A stretch of 33,088 nucleotides of DNA from an uncultured Bacillaceae bacterium (GTDB lineage: Bacteria; Bacillota; Bacilli; Tepidibacillales; Tepidibacillaceae), in contig CAZSSR010000001.1 in assembly GCA_964609605.1 (NCBI GenBank), forward strand, positions 1 through 33,088. Direction: 5' to 3'. How positions within the stretch are numbered: the first letter of the stretch is position 1; each line of letters begins with the position of its first letter. Shown piece by piece: positions 1 to 13,044 of this stretch. A program made the position numbers and the translations under genes. A model generated the notes under the pieces. It was not told the origin of the DNA. It was given only the letters and a program-made list of their open reading frames with translations, and searched no databases.

Positions 1-711
1 GAAGAGATTAACCGTCAACTAACAAGTGTTTTGGCAGATATTCATTTTGCACCAACAGAATGGTCTGCTAATAACTTAATAAAAGAAAATAAAAATATAG
101 AGAATATTTATATTACAGGAAATACAGTAATAGATTCATTTAAAACTACAGTACAAAAGGATTATACTCACCCAATTTTTAATAAAATAATTGATAAAAA
201 AATGGTTTTGCTGACTGCACATAGAAGAGAAAATTTAGGACCACCGATGGAAAGAATATTTAGGGCAGTTAATCGCTTAGTAAATATGCATGATGACATA
301 GCTGTGATTTTTCCAGTTCACCTAAATCCATTAGTTCAGGAAATTGCTTATAAAATTTTAGGAGATAATGAAAGTATTCATTTGATCGAACCGTTAGACG
401 TGATTGATTTTCATAATTTTGAAGCTAGAGCCTATTTAATTCTTACGGACTCGGGTGGTTTACAGGAAGAAGCACCTTCCTTTGGAGTTCCTCTTCTTGT
501 TTTGCGAGATACAACAGAACGACCAGAGGGAATTGAGGCAGGAACATTAAGATTAGTAGGAACGGATGAAAATGAAATTTATAATAATGCGCATGAATTA
601 CTAAGTGATAAATCTGCTTATAATAAAATGGCAAGAGCAGTAAATCCATATGGGGATGGCAAGGCATCTGACAGAATTGCAGACATTATAATTAAGCACA
701 TTAGAAAGTAG
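1..711 (+). CDS. wecB: UDP-N-acetylglucosamine 2-epimerase (non-hydrolysing), C-terminal part; 5' end lies outside the window
   Basis: Frame 1 is open from base 1 (EEINRQLTSVLADIHFAPT...), so the TTG at 31 is not a real start. Epimerase_2 hallmarks: LLTAHRRENLG, FPVHLNP, LILTDSGGLQEEAPSFGVPLLVLRDTTERPEG, NPYGDGKAS. Stop TAG at 709-711. Confidence 0.9.
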   Translation, partial: EEINRQLTSVLADIHFAPTEWSANNLIKENKNIENIYITGNTVIDSFKTTVQKDYTHPIFNKIIDKKMVLLTAHRRENLGPPMERIFRAVNRLVNMHDDIAVIFPVHLNPLVQEIAYKILGDNESIHLIEPLDVIDFHNFEARAYLILTDSGGLQEEAPSFGVPLLVLRDTTERPEGIEAGTLRLVGTDENEIYNNAHELLSDKSAYNKMARAVNPYGDGKASDRIADIIIKHIRK

Positions 712-756
712 ACATTTATTACCACTAAATTGTTTGAATTTTGTGTGAATTTTATC

Positions 757-786
757 TTGCATTAGTCAAAGTGTTTTTGGTATACT
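757..786 (+). promoter_or_regulatory. Candidate sigma-A promoter of the atp operon
   Basis: TTGCAT (757-762), 18-nt spacer, extended -10 TGgTATACT (778-786). It lies about 50 nt upstream of the first atp gene. Confidence 0.5.
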
Positions 787-835
787 GTCAATTGGTGTAC
801 ATAATAAATTTTAAAAATTTGTTGGTGAATCGAAT

Positions 836-1060
836 ATGAATAAAGATAAAAACAAGGATAATCCTTGGCGTGCAATGGCAGTTGTTGGTGCCATGAGCGC
901 TGATTTAGCAGTAATGGTTATTATCGGAGTTTTTGTAGGTAATAAGCTAGATCAGAACTTTCAAAGCGCACCAATATTTTTAATAATTGGGTTAGTCTTA
1001 GGGTTACTTCTTGGAATTCTTTCGATAATAAAACTAATAAAAATTTTTTTAGAGGATTGA
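836..1060 (+). CDS. atpZ: AtpZ/ATPase_gene1-family small membrane protein (first gene of the atp operon)
   Basis: 74 aa with two predicted TM helices. NPWRAMAVVGAMSADLAVMVIIGVFVGNKLD resembles the AtpZ family. GGTGA SD 7 nt upstream of the ATG. Position directly upstream of atpI. Confidence 0.75.
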   Translation: MNKDKNKDNPWRAMAVVGAMSADLAVMVIIGVFVGNKLDQNFQSAPIFLIIGLVLGLLLGILSIIKLIKIFLED

Positions 1061-1069
1061 TCTTTAATT

Positions 1070-1450
1070 GTGGATTCTTTAGGAGATTATAAATTAAAGG
1101 TAATAAGAATTTCGAAATATTCATTTATTTTATTATTTGTTTATCTTATCGGAGTTTTTACTCCTTACACATCAATATTTTTAGGCTTATTAATTGGTAC
1201 AAGTGCTAGTTTAATAAATACTATATATACTGCATGGAAGGTTAATAAAATAGGTGAGATAGCAGCAAGAACAGAGGAGCATGGTAAAACTAAATATGCT
1301 TCTACAGGGATGTTAACAAGAACAGCATTTTCTGTCTTAATAATTTTATTTGTTTTGCAATACCCTCAATATTTTAATATCTATTCCACCCTGATAGGCT
1401 TATTTACTACTCAAGTGATTTCAGTTGTGGATAGCATAAAACATGATTAA
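1070..1450 (+). CDS. atpI: ATP synthase protein I
   Basis: 126 aa hydrophobic protein with a GTG start, located between the atpZ-like gene and atpB. Size and position match Bacillus AtpI (about 127 aa). The start codon is uncertain because the SD is distant. Confidence 0.75.
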   Translation: MDSLGDYKLKVIRISKYSFILLFVYLIGVFTPYTSIFLGLLIGTSASLINTIYTAWKVNKIGEIAARTEEHGKTKYASTGMLTRTAFSVLIILFVLQYPQYFNIYSTLIGLFTTQVISVVDSIKHD

Positions 1451-1453
1451 TAG

Positions 1454-2290
<837 letters not shown>

Positions 2291-2346
2291 TTAGTTAGAA
2301 CAATAAATAGTTAGAAATTTTATTAATAATAATTAGTTATTAATAA

Positions 2347-2595
<249 letters not shown>

Positions 2596-2606
2596 GATAG
2601 TACCTT

Positions 2607-2648
2607 GGCAGGGGGCTATAACCCTTGCCTTCCTTTAATTAAGGGAGG
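2607..2648 (+). promoter_or_regulatory. Two overlapping intercistronic RNA hairpins between atpE and atpF
   Basis: Hairpin 1: GGCAGGG (2607-2613) pairs with CCCTTGCC (2622-2629), with one bulge. Hairpin 2: CCTTCCTT (2628-2635), loop TAATT, AAGGGAGG (2641-2648, the atpF SD); 8 bp including one G-U. The two arms share nt 2628-2629. Confidence 0.35.
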
Positions 2649-2662
2649 GAGTGTGAAAAATT

Positions 2663-3144
2663 ATGGAAATACTTTGGGGCACAGTTGCTCTACAAATAAT
2701 AGCATTCACTATATTATTTCTACTTTTATGGAAATTTGCGTTTGGCCCATTAGTTAATTTAATGAACAAGCGTCAAGAGAAGATTGAAGAGCAAATTACC
2801 AGTGCAGAGAACAATATGGTGGAATCAGAAAAAACTTTAAAACAACAAAACGAAGCTTTTGCAAAAGCTCGTGTTGAGGCTCAAGAGATTATTGAGAGAG
2901 CACATATTTCTAGCTCTAAGCAAGCGGATGAATTAATTGTTGTTGCGAAGGCAGAAGCAAAACGTCTTAAAGAACAAGCAGTTCAAGACATCCAACATGA
3001 GAAAGATAAGGCTATTATAGAATTGCGCAATGAGGTAGGATCCTTATCTGTACTAATTGCTTCAAAAATGATTGAGAAGGAATTAGACGTTAAAGAACAA
3101 GCTAAGTTTATTGATGAAATGATTAAGGAAGCAGGAGAAGTCCA

Positions 3145-3148
<4 letters not shown>
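2663..3148 (+). CDS. atpF: F0F1 ATP synthase subunit b
   Basis: 161 aa with a single N-terminal TM helix, then a long charged coiled coil (KRQEKIEEQI...AEAKRLKEQA). Operon position. SD AAGGGAGG. Confidence 0.93.
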
Positions 3149-5221
<2,073 letters not shown>

Positions 5222-5232
5222 TTCTTCTAAAC

Positions 5233-5252
5233 AAAGCATTAAACAATGCTTT
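5233..5252 (+). promoter_or_regulatory. Intercistronic hairpin after atpA
   Basis: AAAGCATT (5233-5240), loop AAAC, AATGCTTT (5245-5252): a perfect 8-bp stem followed by TC. It contains the ATG at 5246 that the ORF track uses as the atpG start. Confidence 0.35.
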
Positions 5253-5272
5253 TCAAAAGGTGGTGGAGAATA

Positions 5273-6139
5273 ATGCAAGGAACTAGAGAAATTAAGCGTC
5301 GAATTAAAAGCGTAATAAATACTCGACAAATAACAAAAGCTATGACAATGGTTGCTGCGGCAAAGCTTCGGCGTGCACAAGAGCGAGCAGAAGAATCACG
5401 TCCTTATACCGAGAAGATGAGTGAAGTTATCTCATCGATTGCTTCAAGGATTGACATTGTTGAGCATCCGTTATTAGAAGTGCGCGAGATAAAAAAGACG
5501 GGGTATGTAGTTATTACATCTGATCAAGGATTGGCAGGTGGATATAACTCAAATCTATTAAGAAAACTAGTTTTAACAATTAAGGATCGTCATACAACGA
5601 CAGAAGAATACGATATATTTGTTATCGGGCGAAAAGGGCGTGACTTTCTTAAAAGACGTGATTATTCATTAGTTGGTGAGGTAATAGGTTTATCTGATGC
5701 ACCAACTTTTGCAGAAATTAAAAATATTTCAAATACAGTAGTTAATATGTATGCTGAAGGGATTTTTGACGAAGTTTATGTATTCTATAATGAATTCGTT
5801 AGTGCAATGACTCAGATACCGACAGAAATGAAATTATTACCTTTAACGGATATTGAAGACGCTAAAGAGGATACCATGTCGGCTTTTATTGAATTTGAGC
5901 CTTCAGCTGAAGAGGTGTTGGGAGCATTATTACCACGTTATGCGGAAACATTAATATATAGTGCCTTATTAAATGCAAAAGCTAGTGAAAGTGGAGCTCG
6001 TATGACTGCAATGGATAGTGCAACTAACAATGCGGATGAAATGCTTGAGTCGTTAACGTTAACTTATAATAGAGCAAGACAATCTTCTATTACCCAGGAA
6101 ATAACAGAAATTGTTGCTGGTGCTAATGCATTGTCTTAA
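5273..6139 (+). CDS. atpG: F0F1 ATP synthase subunit gamma
   Basis: MQGTREIKRRIKSVINTRQITKAMTMVAAAKLRRAQ matches the conserved gamma N-terminus. SD GGTGGTGGAG lies just upstream of the ATG at 5273. The ORF-track start at 5246 lies inside the hairpin and adds a non-conserved MLFKRWWRI. C-terminal ITQEITEIVAGANAL. Confidence 0.95.
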   Translation: MQGTREIKRRIKSVINTRQITKAMTMVAAAKLRRAQERAEESRPYTEKMSEVISSIASRIDIVEHPLLEVREIKKTGYVVITSDQGLAGGYNSNLLRKLVLTIKDRHTTTEEYDIFVIGRKGRDFLKRRDYSLVGEVIGLSDAPTFAEIKNISNTVVNMYAEGIFDEVYVFYNEFVSAMTQIPTEMKLLPLTDIEDAKEDTMSAFIEFEPSAEEVLGALLPRYAETLIYSALLNAKASESGARMTAMDSATNNADEMLESLTLTYNRARQSSITQEITEIVAGANALS

Positions 6140-6154
6140 AAAATGAACATGTAA

Positions 6155-7546
<1,392 letters not shown>

Positions 7547-7582
7547 ACGGTCTTTGACCCTTGAAGAAGGGAAGGATGAAAA

Positions 7583-7987
7583 ATGAGTACATTTCGATTA
7601 GAGATTGTTACACCTGAACGTAAAGTGTATAGCGATGATGTTGATATGCTTATAGTAAAAGGAGAATTAGGAGATTTAGGTATCCTTCCTAATCACGCTC
7701 CTTTAGCGACACCACTGGCAATATCTATTGCTACCATAAGAAAAGACGGTATAGATCAGAAAGTTGCAATAAGTGGTGGTTTTTTAGAAGTAGGAAATAA
7801 CAAGGCAATTATTTTGGCAGAGACTGCAGAGTTACCTGAAGATATTGATTTGGACCGTGCACGGAAAGCAAAAGAAAGAGCTGAGCAACGTCTGGCTCAT
7901 AAATCTAATGGAGAATTTGATATTATACGTGTTGAGACAGCACTTCAACGTGCAATGAATCGGATTAATTTGTCTGAAAATAAGTAA
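7583..7987 (+). CDS. atpC: F0F1 ATP synthase subunit epsilon
   Basis: 134 aa. LEIVTPERKVYSDDVDMLIVKGELGDLGILPNHAPL, with a C-terminal helical hairpin (RAKERAEQRL). Last gene of the operon. Confidence 0.95.
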   Translation: MSTFRLEIVTPERKVYSDDVDMLIVKGELGDLGILPNHAPLATPLAISIATIRKDGIDQKVAISGGFLEVGNNKAIILAETAELPEDIDLDRARKAKERAEQRLAHKSNGEFDIIRVETALQRAMNRINLSENK

Positions 7988-7992
7988 TAAAC

Positions 7993-8070
7993 AGTCCTTA
8001 CCATTTATTAACTCTAATACGTGTAAACAACACATTTGGAGAGATTAAAAATGGAGGGACTTTTTATTTT
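7993..8070 (+). terminator. Probable intrinsic terminator of the atp operon (long, branched stem-loop)
   Basis: AGTCCTT-A-CCATTT (7993-8006) pairs with AAATGG-AGGGACT (8049-8061): 13 bp with one bulge and one G-U. There is an inner GTGT/ACAC mini-hairpin. Followed by TTTTTATTTTT (8061-8071). Confidence 0.5.
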
Positions 8071-8134
8071 TAGGCATTTGATTAGTAAATATAATTTTTA
8101 AATATAATCAATAAAAGTTTCATTAAGAGAACAA

Positions 8135-8165
8135 ATTATTTGAAAATTAAAAATATTCAAATAAT
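8135..8165. promoter_or_regulatory. Perfect 10-bp inverted repeat; candidate operator upstream of nuoA
   Basis: ATTATTTGAA (8135-8144), 11-nt spacer, TTCAAATAAT (8156-8165). It lies about 10 nt upstream of a weak promoter candidate, TTGTAG (8176-8181) - 15 nt - TATAAT (8197-8202). Confidence 0.3.
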
Positions 8166-8287
8166 AAGATAATATTTGTAGAAAAATATCTTTTATTATA
8201 ATAGAATAGTTTAATATAAATTACTTTAGGCTCAGAAAGGCTTTAAAGTGATAATATTAAATAAATGAGATGGGGGGAGAAGTGCAA

Positions 8288-8665
8288 TTGGAGAATATTT
8301 ATAGTAATAGTTATATAAGCATGGCGATATTTATTCTAATTGGTATCTTATTGCCAATAATAGCAATTGAGATAGTAGCCCGTTTCTTAAGACCAAATAA
8401 TCCTACCGAGGCTAAAATTACTACCTATGAAAGCGGATTAGATCCTACAGGAGACGCGAGAGTCCAATTTAATGTCAGATATTACTTATATGCTCTTCTT
8501 TTTGTAGTGTTTGATGTTGAAGCTATATTCCTTTATCCATGGGCTGTTGCTTTTGACGATCTCAGTAAATTAAGCGCTTTTGCATTGATTGAAATGCTAA
8601 TCTTTGTATTTATGCTTATTATTGGACTTGCTTATGCATGGAAGAAGAAGGTGTTTACGTGGTAA
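8288..8665 (+). CDS. nuoA: NADH-quinone oxidoreductase subunit A
   Basis: Motifs: [43 protein letters not shown] at 8288 sits 8 nt after the GGGGGGAG SD and gives MENIYSNSY, similar to Bacillus NuoA N-termini. The ORF track starts at the ATG at 8270, which is also possible. Confidence 0.9.
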   Translation: MENIYSNSYISMAIFILIGILLPIIAIEIVARFLRPNNPTEAKITTYESGLDPTGDARVQFNVRYYLYALLFVVFDVEAIFLYPWAVAFDDLSKLSAFALIEMLIFVFMLIIGLAYAWKKKVFTW

Positions 8666-9180
8666 ATGATGATATACTAACACAAGAAGAGGAAGAAGCA
8701 ATAGAAAGAGGAATTTTATTAACTACGCTTGAACAGTTAAAGGGTTGGGCTAGAAGCAATTCTATGTGGCCTTTAGGCTTTGGACTTGCATGTTGTGCAA
8801 TAGAAATGATGTCTGCAGGTGCAGCTCATTATGATTTAGATAGATTTGGGATTATATTTAGAGCATCACCACGTCAAGCGGATGTTATGATAGTTGCTGG
8901 GACAGTGACGAAAAAAATGGCACCTGTTGTAACACGATTATACGATCAAATGTCAGAACCTAAATGGGTTATAGCAATGGGATCATGTGCTATTGCAGGT
9001 GGTCCATACGTTAATTCTTATAACGTAGTTAAAGGTGTTGATAAATTAATACCTGTTGATGTTTATGTACCAGGTTGTCCACCTACGCCTGCATCGTTAA
9101 TATATGGATTTAATATGCTTCAAGATAAAATTAAGTATGAAGCAAAAACTGGGAAGAAGGTGCCAATAGATAATGAGTGA
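8659..9180 (+). CDS. nuoB: NADH-quinone oxidoreductase subunit B
   Basis: N2 cluster ligands: [30 protein letters not shown] at 8659 follows GAAGGTG and overlaps the nuoA stop. The ORF-track ATG at 8638 has no SD, so the start remains uncertain. Confidence 0.92.
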   Translation: MVNDDILTQEEEEAIERGILLTTLEQLKGWARSNSMWPLGFGLACCAIEMMSAGAAHYDLDRFGIIFRASPRQADVMIVAGTVTKKMAPVVTRLYDQMSEPKWVIAMGSCAIAGGPYVNSYNVVKGVDKLIPVDVYVPGCPPTPASLIYGFNMLQDKIKYEAKTGKKVPIDNE

Positions 9181-9673
9181 GGAAATAATTGCATCTTCCC
9201 CAAAACAGACTGTTTTAGACAGATATGTTGATATAATTAATAACAAAATATCAGATATAGCGATAAAGAAAAGTTACATAAATGTAGATAACTTTCACAT
9301 GCCGACATTAATAATCGACAAAACACATTGGCTAGATGTTGCAGCAGTGATAAGAGAAGATGAACAGATGAAATTTAATTCATTAATGAATCTTTCAGGT
9401 GTTGATTATCAAGAATTCATGGAAGTCATTTATCATTTATATTCATTTGAGCGAGACGAATATCTTGCAATAAAGGTTGAGACCGAGCACGATGGCGGAA
9501 GCGTGCCTACAGTAATGAATATTTGGCCAGCTTCAGATTGGCAGGAGAGGGAAGTATATGATTTATTAGGGATTGACTTTACAGGAAGAAAGATAACTCG
9601 AATTTTACTTAGTGACGATTGGGTTGGTCATCCATTAAGGAAAGACTATGTTCAACCAGATGAGGAGGTGTAG
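9173..9673 (+). CDS. nuoC: NADH-quinone oxidoreductase subunit C
   Basis: 166 aa, a short 30-kDa-type subunit. [43 protein letters not shown]. Overlaps the nuoB stop. Confidence 0.9.
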   Translation: MSEEIIASSPKQTVLDRYVDIINNKISDIAIKKSYINVDNFHMPTLIIDKTHWLDVAAVIREDEQMKFNSLMNLSGVDYQEFMEVIYHLYSFERDEYLAIKVETEHDGGSVPTVMNIWPASDWQEREVYDLLGIDFTGRKITRILLSDDWVGHPLRKDYVQPDEEV

Positions 9674-9677
9674 TTAA

Positions 9678-10778
9678 ATGGCATTACGTACAGAAGAGAT
9701 GATTCTTAACATAGGTCCGCATCATCCTAGCACTCACGGTGTTTTCCGTGTTGTTATTAAGGTTGATGGTGAAAAAATTATAGAAGCTACACCTGTATTG
9801 GGCTATTTACATCGTGGAACTGAAAAAATCGCCGAGGATCTTAATTATACACAAATAATTCCATATACAGATCGCCTTGATTACCTATCATCAATGTTAA
9901 ATAACTATGCATTAGTTTATTCAGTTGAAACACTAATGGGAATCAAAGTACCAGAGCGAGCAGAATATTTAAGAGTTATTGCTATGGAATTTAGTAGAAT
10001 TTGTAGCCATTTAGTATGGTGGGGTACATTTATATTGGACTTAGGAGCTACAACTCCTTTTGTATGGGCATTTCGTGATCGAGAGATAATAATGCAATTA
10101 TTAAGTGAATTATCTGGTGCAAGAATGACCTTTAACTATATGCGAGTGGGTGGAGTTAAATGGGACGCTCCAGAAGGCTGGTTAGAAAAAGCTAATGATT
10201 TTATAACGGTAATGCGAAAAAATTTAAAGGACTACCATATATTAGTTACTAAGAATGAGATTTTTCAGGCTAGAATTAACAAAATAGGTGTATATGATGG
10301 TGATACTGCTATTAAATATGGTGTTACTGGTCCAAATCTTCGTGGGGCTAATGTTAATTTTGATCTTCGCAAGAATCAAGCATATTCTATTTATAATCAG
10401 ATAGATTTTGAAGCTCAGGTTGGTGAAAATGGAACAATCATTGATAGATATAATGTGCGAATGGGAGAAATAGACCAGTCGTTAAATATAATTGAACAGG
10501 CCATTAAACAGATACCTGAAGGCGATATTATGGCACAGGTACCTAAGATATTAAAGCCTAAGGAAGGCGAGGTTTATACTAGAATTGAATCCTCAAAGGG
10601 TGAATTAGGAGTACATCTTGTAAGCAAAGGGAAAGATAAACCTTATCGGATTCATTTTAGAAGACCATCCTTTCTCAATTTACAAGTGTTGGAGAATCTT
10701 TTAGTTGGACAAACAGTTGCAGATTTACCACCAATACTTGGAGCAATAGATATTGTATTAGGGGAGGTAGACGGCTAA
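9678..10778 (+). CDS. nuoD: NADH-quinone oxidoreductase subunit D
   Basis: 366 aa. Motifs: NIGPHHPSTHGVFR, GYLHRGTEKIAE, ESSKGELGVHL, VLGEVD. SD GAGGAGG. Confidence 0.96.
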   Translation: MALRTEEMILNIGPHHPSTHGVFRVVIKVDGEKIIEATPVLGYLHRGTEKIAEDLNYTQIIPYTDRLDYLSSMLNNYALVYSVETLMGIKVPERAEYLRVIAMEFSRICSHLVWWGTFILDLGATTPFVWAFRDREIIMQLLSELSGARMTFNYMRVGGVKWDAPEGWLEKANDFITVMRKNLKDYHILVTKNEIFQARINKIGVYDGDTAIKYGVTGPNLRGANVNFDLRKNQAYSIYNQIDFEAQVGENGTIIDRYNVRMGEIDQSLNIIEQAIKQIPEGDIMAQVPKILKPKEGEVYTRIESSKGELGVHLVSKGKDKPYRIHFRRPSFLNLQVLENLLVGQTVADLPPILGAIDIVLGEVDG

Positions 10779-11776
10779 TGGAAATTTTAAGTCAACCTTT
10801 TTCTTGGCTCAATTTATTAATTTTAATAATTGCGGCGGCAATAGTTTTAGGTATACTTTTAGTTTTTGTTATGTATGCATTATATGCAGAACGAAAAGTT
10901 CTTGGTGCTATACAATTTCGTAATGGACCAAACCGTGTAGGATATAAAGGACTTTTACAGAGTGAAGCAGATGTTTTTAAGCTATTAATTAAAGAAGATA
11001 TTATCCCCAAAAAAGTGGATAAATTTTTATTCTATTTAGCACCAATGATTGCATTTGCACCAGCATTTGCAGTATTAGCAATTATTCCATTTTCTGAAAA
11101 TTTATATTTTGCCAGTAGTAATGTCGGACTTTTATATTATGGAGCATTATCAAGCTTAACTATTACAGGCATATTATTGGCGGGCTGGTCTTCAAATAAT
11201 AAATATGCGATTATGGGCGGAATGCGTTCAGTTGCTCATATGGTGAGCTATGAGGTTCCTTTAATTCTTTCTTTTTTGGGTATTGTCTTGATGAGTGGAA
11301 GTCTTAACCTAATAGATATTGTTCACGCTCAACAAGAGGGTATGTGGAATATTGGACCACAATTTATCGGGTTTGTTGTATTCATAATTGCGGGTAATGC
11401 AGAATTAAACCGTACACCTTTTGACTTACCTGAAGCCGAGAATGAGCTTGTTGCTGGATATTTTGTTGAGTATAGTGGTTTTCGTTGGGCATTCTTTATG
11501 CTAACTGAATATTCATATATATTTGCATTATCAAGTTTAATGACAGTAATTTTCTTAGGTGGTTGGGATGCGCCTTTTGGAATGGACTTTATACCAGGAA
11601 TAATCTGGTTTATACTTAAATTCTTATTACTAGTCTTTTATCTGTTCTGGATTCGAGCTACTTTTCCGCGTGTAAGAATCGATCAGCTAATGGGCTTTGC
11701 ATGGAAGGTATTAATTCCATTAGCGTTATTTAATGTATTATTAACTGCAGTACTTAAGACGTTTAATGTATTTTAG
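10778..11776 (+). CDS. nuoH: NADH-quinone oxidoreductase subunit H
   Basis: 332 aa polytopic protein. Motifs: AERKVLGAIQFRNGPNRVG, NRTPFDLPEAENELVAGYFVEYSG, RATFPRVRIDQLM. ATG overlaps the nuoD stop, so there is no room for nuoE/F/G. Confidence 0.96.
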   Translation: MEILSQPFSWLNLLILIIAAAIVLGILLVFVMYALYAERKVLGAIQFRNGPNRVGYKGLLQSEADVFKLLIKEDIIPKKVDKFLFYLAPMIAFAPAFAVLAIIPFSENLYFASSNVGLLYYGALSSLTITGILLAGWSSNNKYAIMGGMRSVAHMVSYEVPLILSFLGIVLMSGSLNLIDIVHAQQEGMWNIGPQFIGFVVFIIAGNAELNRTPFDLPEAENELVAGYFVEYSGFRWAFFMLTEYSYIFALSSLMTVIFLGGWDAPFGMDFIPGIIWFILKFLLLVFYLFWIRATFPRVRIDQLMGFAWKVLIPLALFNVLLTAVLKTFNVF

Positions 11777-11793
11777 GATTGGGGTGAGATAAC

Positions 11794-12216
11794 ATGTGGG
11801 GAAAACATCTACTCGCAGGATTGGGGATCACATTTAAATACTTATTTAAACCAAAAGTAACTATTCAGTATCCAGAAGAGAAAATTGTCCAACCGGGAAG
11901 ATTTAGGGGTATTCATTACTTAGATGTAGACAAATGTATTGTTTGTAACCAATGTGTTAGAATTTGTCCGACTAACTGTATATCATTAACAGGGAAGCCA
12001 AATCCTGATCCGGAGAAAAAAGGAAAAGTTCTTGACACATATGATATAAATTTTAATCTTTGTATATTATGTGATTTATGTACAGAGGTTTGCCCAACAG
12101 ATGCTATACAAATGACAAATAATTTTGAATTAGCTGTATATAATAAAAAGAATTTATTTAAAGACATTAATTGGTTAGCTAGCAATGACAAAAATGTAAG
12201 GGAGCCGAACAAATAA
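11794..12216 (+). CDS. nuoI: NADH-quinone oxidoreductase subunit I (2x[4Fe-4S])
   Basis: Two ferredoxin motifs: CIVCNQCVRICP and CILCDLCTEVCP. Confidence 0.95.
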   Translation: MWGKHLLAGLGITFKYLFKPKVTIQYPEEKIVQPGRFRGIHYLDVDKCIVCNQCVRICPTNCISLTGKPNPDPEKKGKVLDTYDINFNLCILCDLCTEVCPTDAIQMTNNFELAVYNKKNLFKDINWLASNDKNVREPNK

Positions 12217-12713
12217 TGACTGGACAATATATTGCTTTCTTTATCTTCGCTTTGATGGCAATCACGGGTGGGGTATTAGTTTTAAATCTTACAAAGGTTA
12301 TCCATATGGTCTTATCAATGGGACTAGCTTTTTTAGGAGTTGCTGGATTATTTGTATTGTTAAATGCTGAATTTTTAGCATTTGTTCAAGTTTTGATTTA
12401 TGCAGGTGCTATTACGATTATGATGGCATTAGGTGTAATGATGACCAACCAACATCTTGAACAACAGGTTAGAAGAAAGGGACATACGATATTTGCTCTT
12501 TTGGGAGCGTTAATTATCGGCGGTTTCTTATTCTATGGGATATATAATACTAGCTGGACAAACGAAGCAACACAATTTGATGAAAATAATATAATGACGA
12601 TTGGCATGAAACTTTTTACAGACTATGTTATTCCATTTGAAGCAGCTTCGATATTATTATTAGTTGCCTTGGTTGGTGCAGTGGTACTTGCTAAAAAGGA
12701 GAGTGATGAATAG
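12216..12713 (+). CDS. nuoJ: NADH-quinone oxidoreductase subunit J
   Basis: 165 aa membrane protein. [26 protein letters not shown]. Start overlaps the nuoI stop. Confidence 0.9.
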   Translation: MTGQYIAFFIFALMAITGGVLVLNLTKVIHMVLSMGLAFLGVAGLFVLLNAEFLAFVQVLIYAGAITIMMALGVMMTNQHLEQQVRRKGHTIFALLGALIIGGFLFYGIYNTSWTNEATQFDENNIMTIGMKLFTDYVIPFEAASILLLVALVGAVVLAKKESDE

Positions 12714-13021
12714 TGGTACCTTTAAATGCTTATTTAGCAGTAGGAGCAATTTTGTTTTCTTTAGGAGTTTTTGGAGTTTTGTATAAAAGAAATGGGATAA
12801 TTGTTTTATTATCAATAGAACTAATGCTAAATGCAACGAATATCAACTTAGTAGCTTTTTCTAAATTCGGCTTATTCCCGAATATATCTGGTCAAATATT
12901 TTCAATATTTACAATTGCAGTAGCTGCAGTAGAGGCAGCAGTTGGGTTAGCGATATTAATAGTTCTTTTTCGTAATAAAGGGACCATTAATGTAAATGAA
13001 ATGGATATTATGAAGCGATAA
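12713..13021 (+). CDS. nuoK: NADH-quinone oxidoreductase subunit K
   Basis: 102 aa with 3 TM helices. [16 protein letters not shown] and [20 protein letters not shown] start overlaps the nuoJ stop. Confidence 0.93.
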   Translation: MVPLNAYLAVGAILFSLGVFGVLYKRNGIIVLLSIELMLNATNINLVAFSKFGLFPNISGQIFSIFTIAVAAVEAAVGLAILIVLFRNKGTINVNEMDIMKR

Positions 13022-13044
13022 AATAGAGAAGGAATGGTGTTTAT

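Noticed and set aside
31-711. ORF-track start (TTG at 31) for the first gene
   Set aside because: The frame is open back to base 1, and the upstream residues (EEINRQLTSV) continue the epimerase fold. The gene is simply cut by the window edge.
741-753. TTGTGTGAA sequence upstream of the atp promoter as a possible Rex box
   Set aside because: Only one half-site is present. There is no TTCACA partner at the required 6-nt spacing.
5246-5272. Upstream ATG at 5246 as the atpG start
   Set aside because: It lies inside the 8-bp intercistronic hairpin, has no SD and adds non-conserved MLFKRWWRI. The ATG at 5273 follows GGTGGTGGAG and gives the canonical gamma N-terminus.
8051-8100. Mini-ORF starting at the ATG at 8051 (MEGLFIFRHLISKYNF) after atpC
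   Set aside because: It lies within the terminator stem and T-run, has no SD and is only 16 codons long. It is most likely fortuitous.
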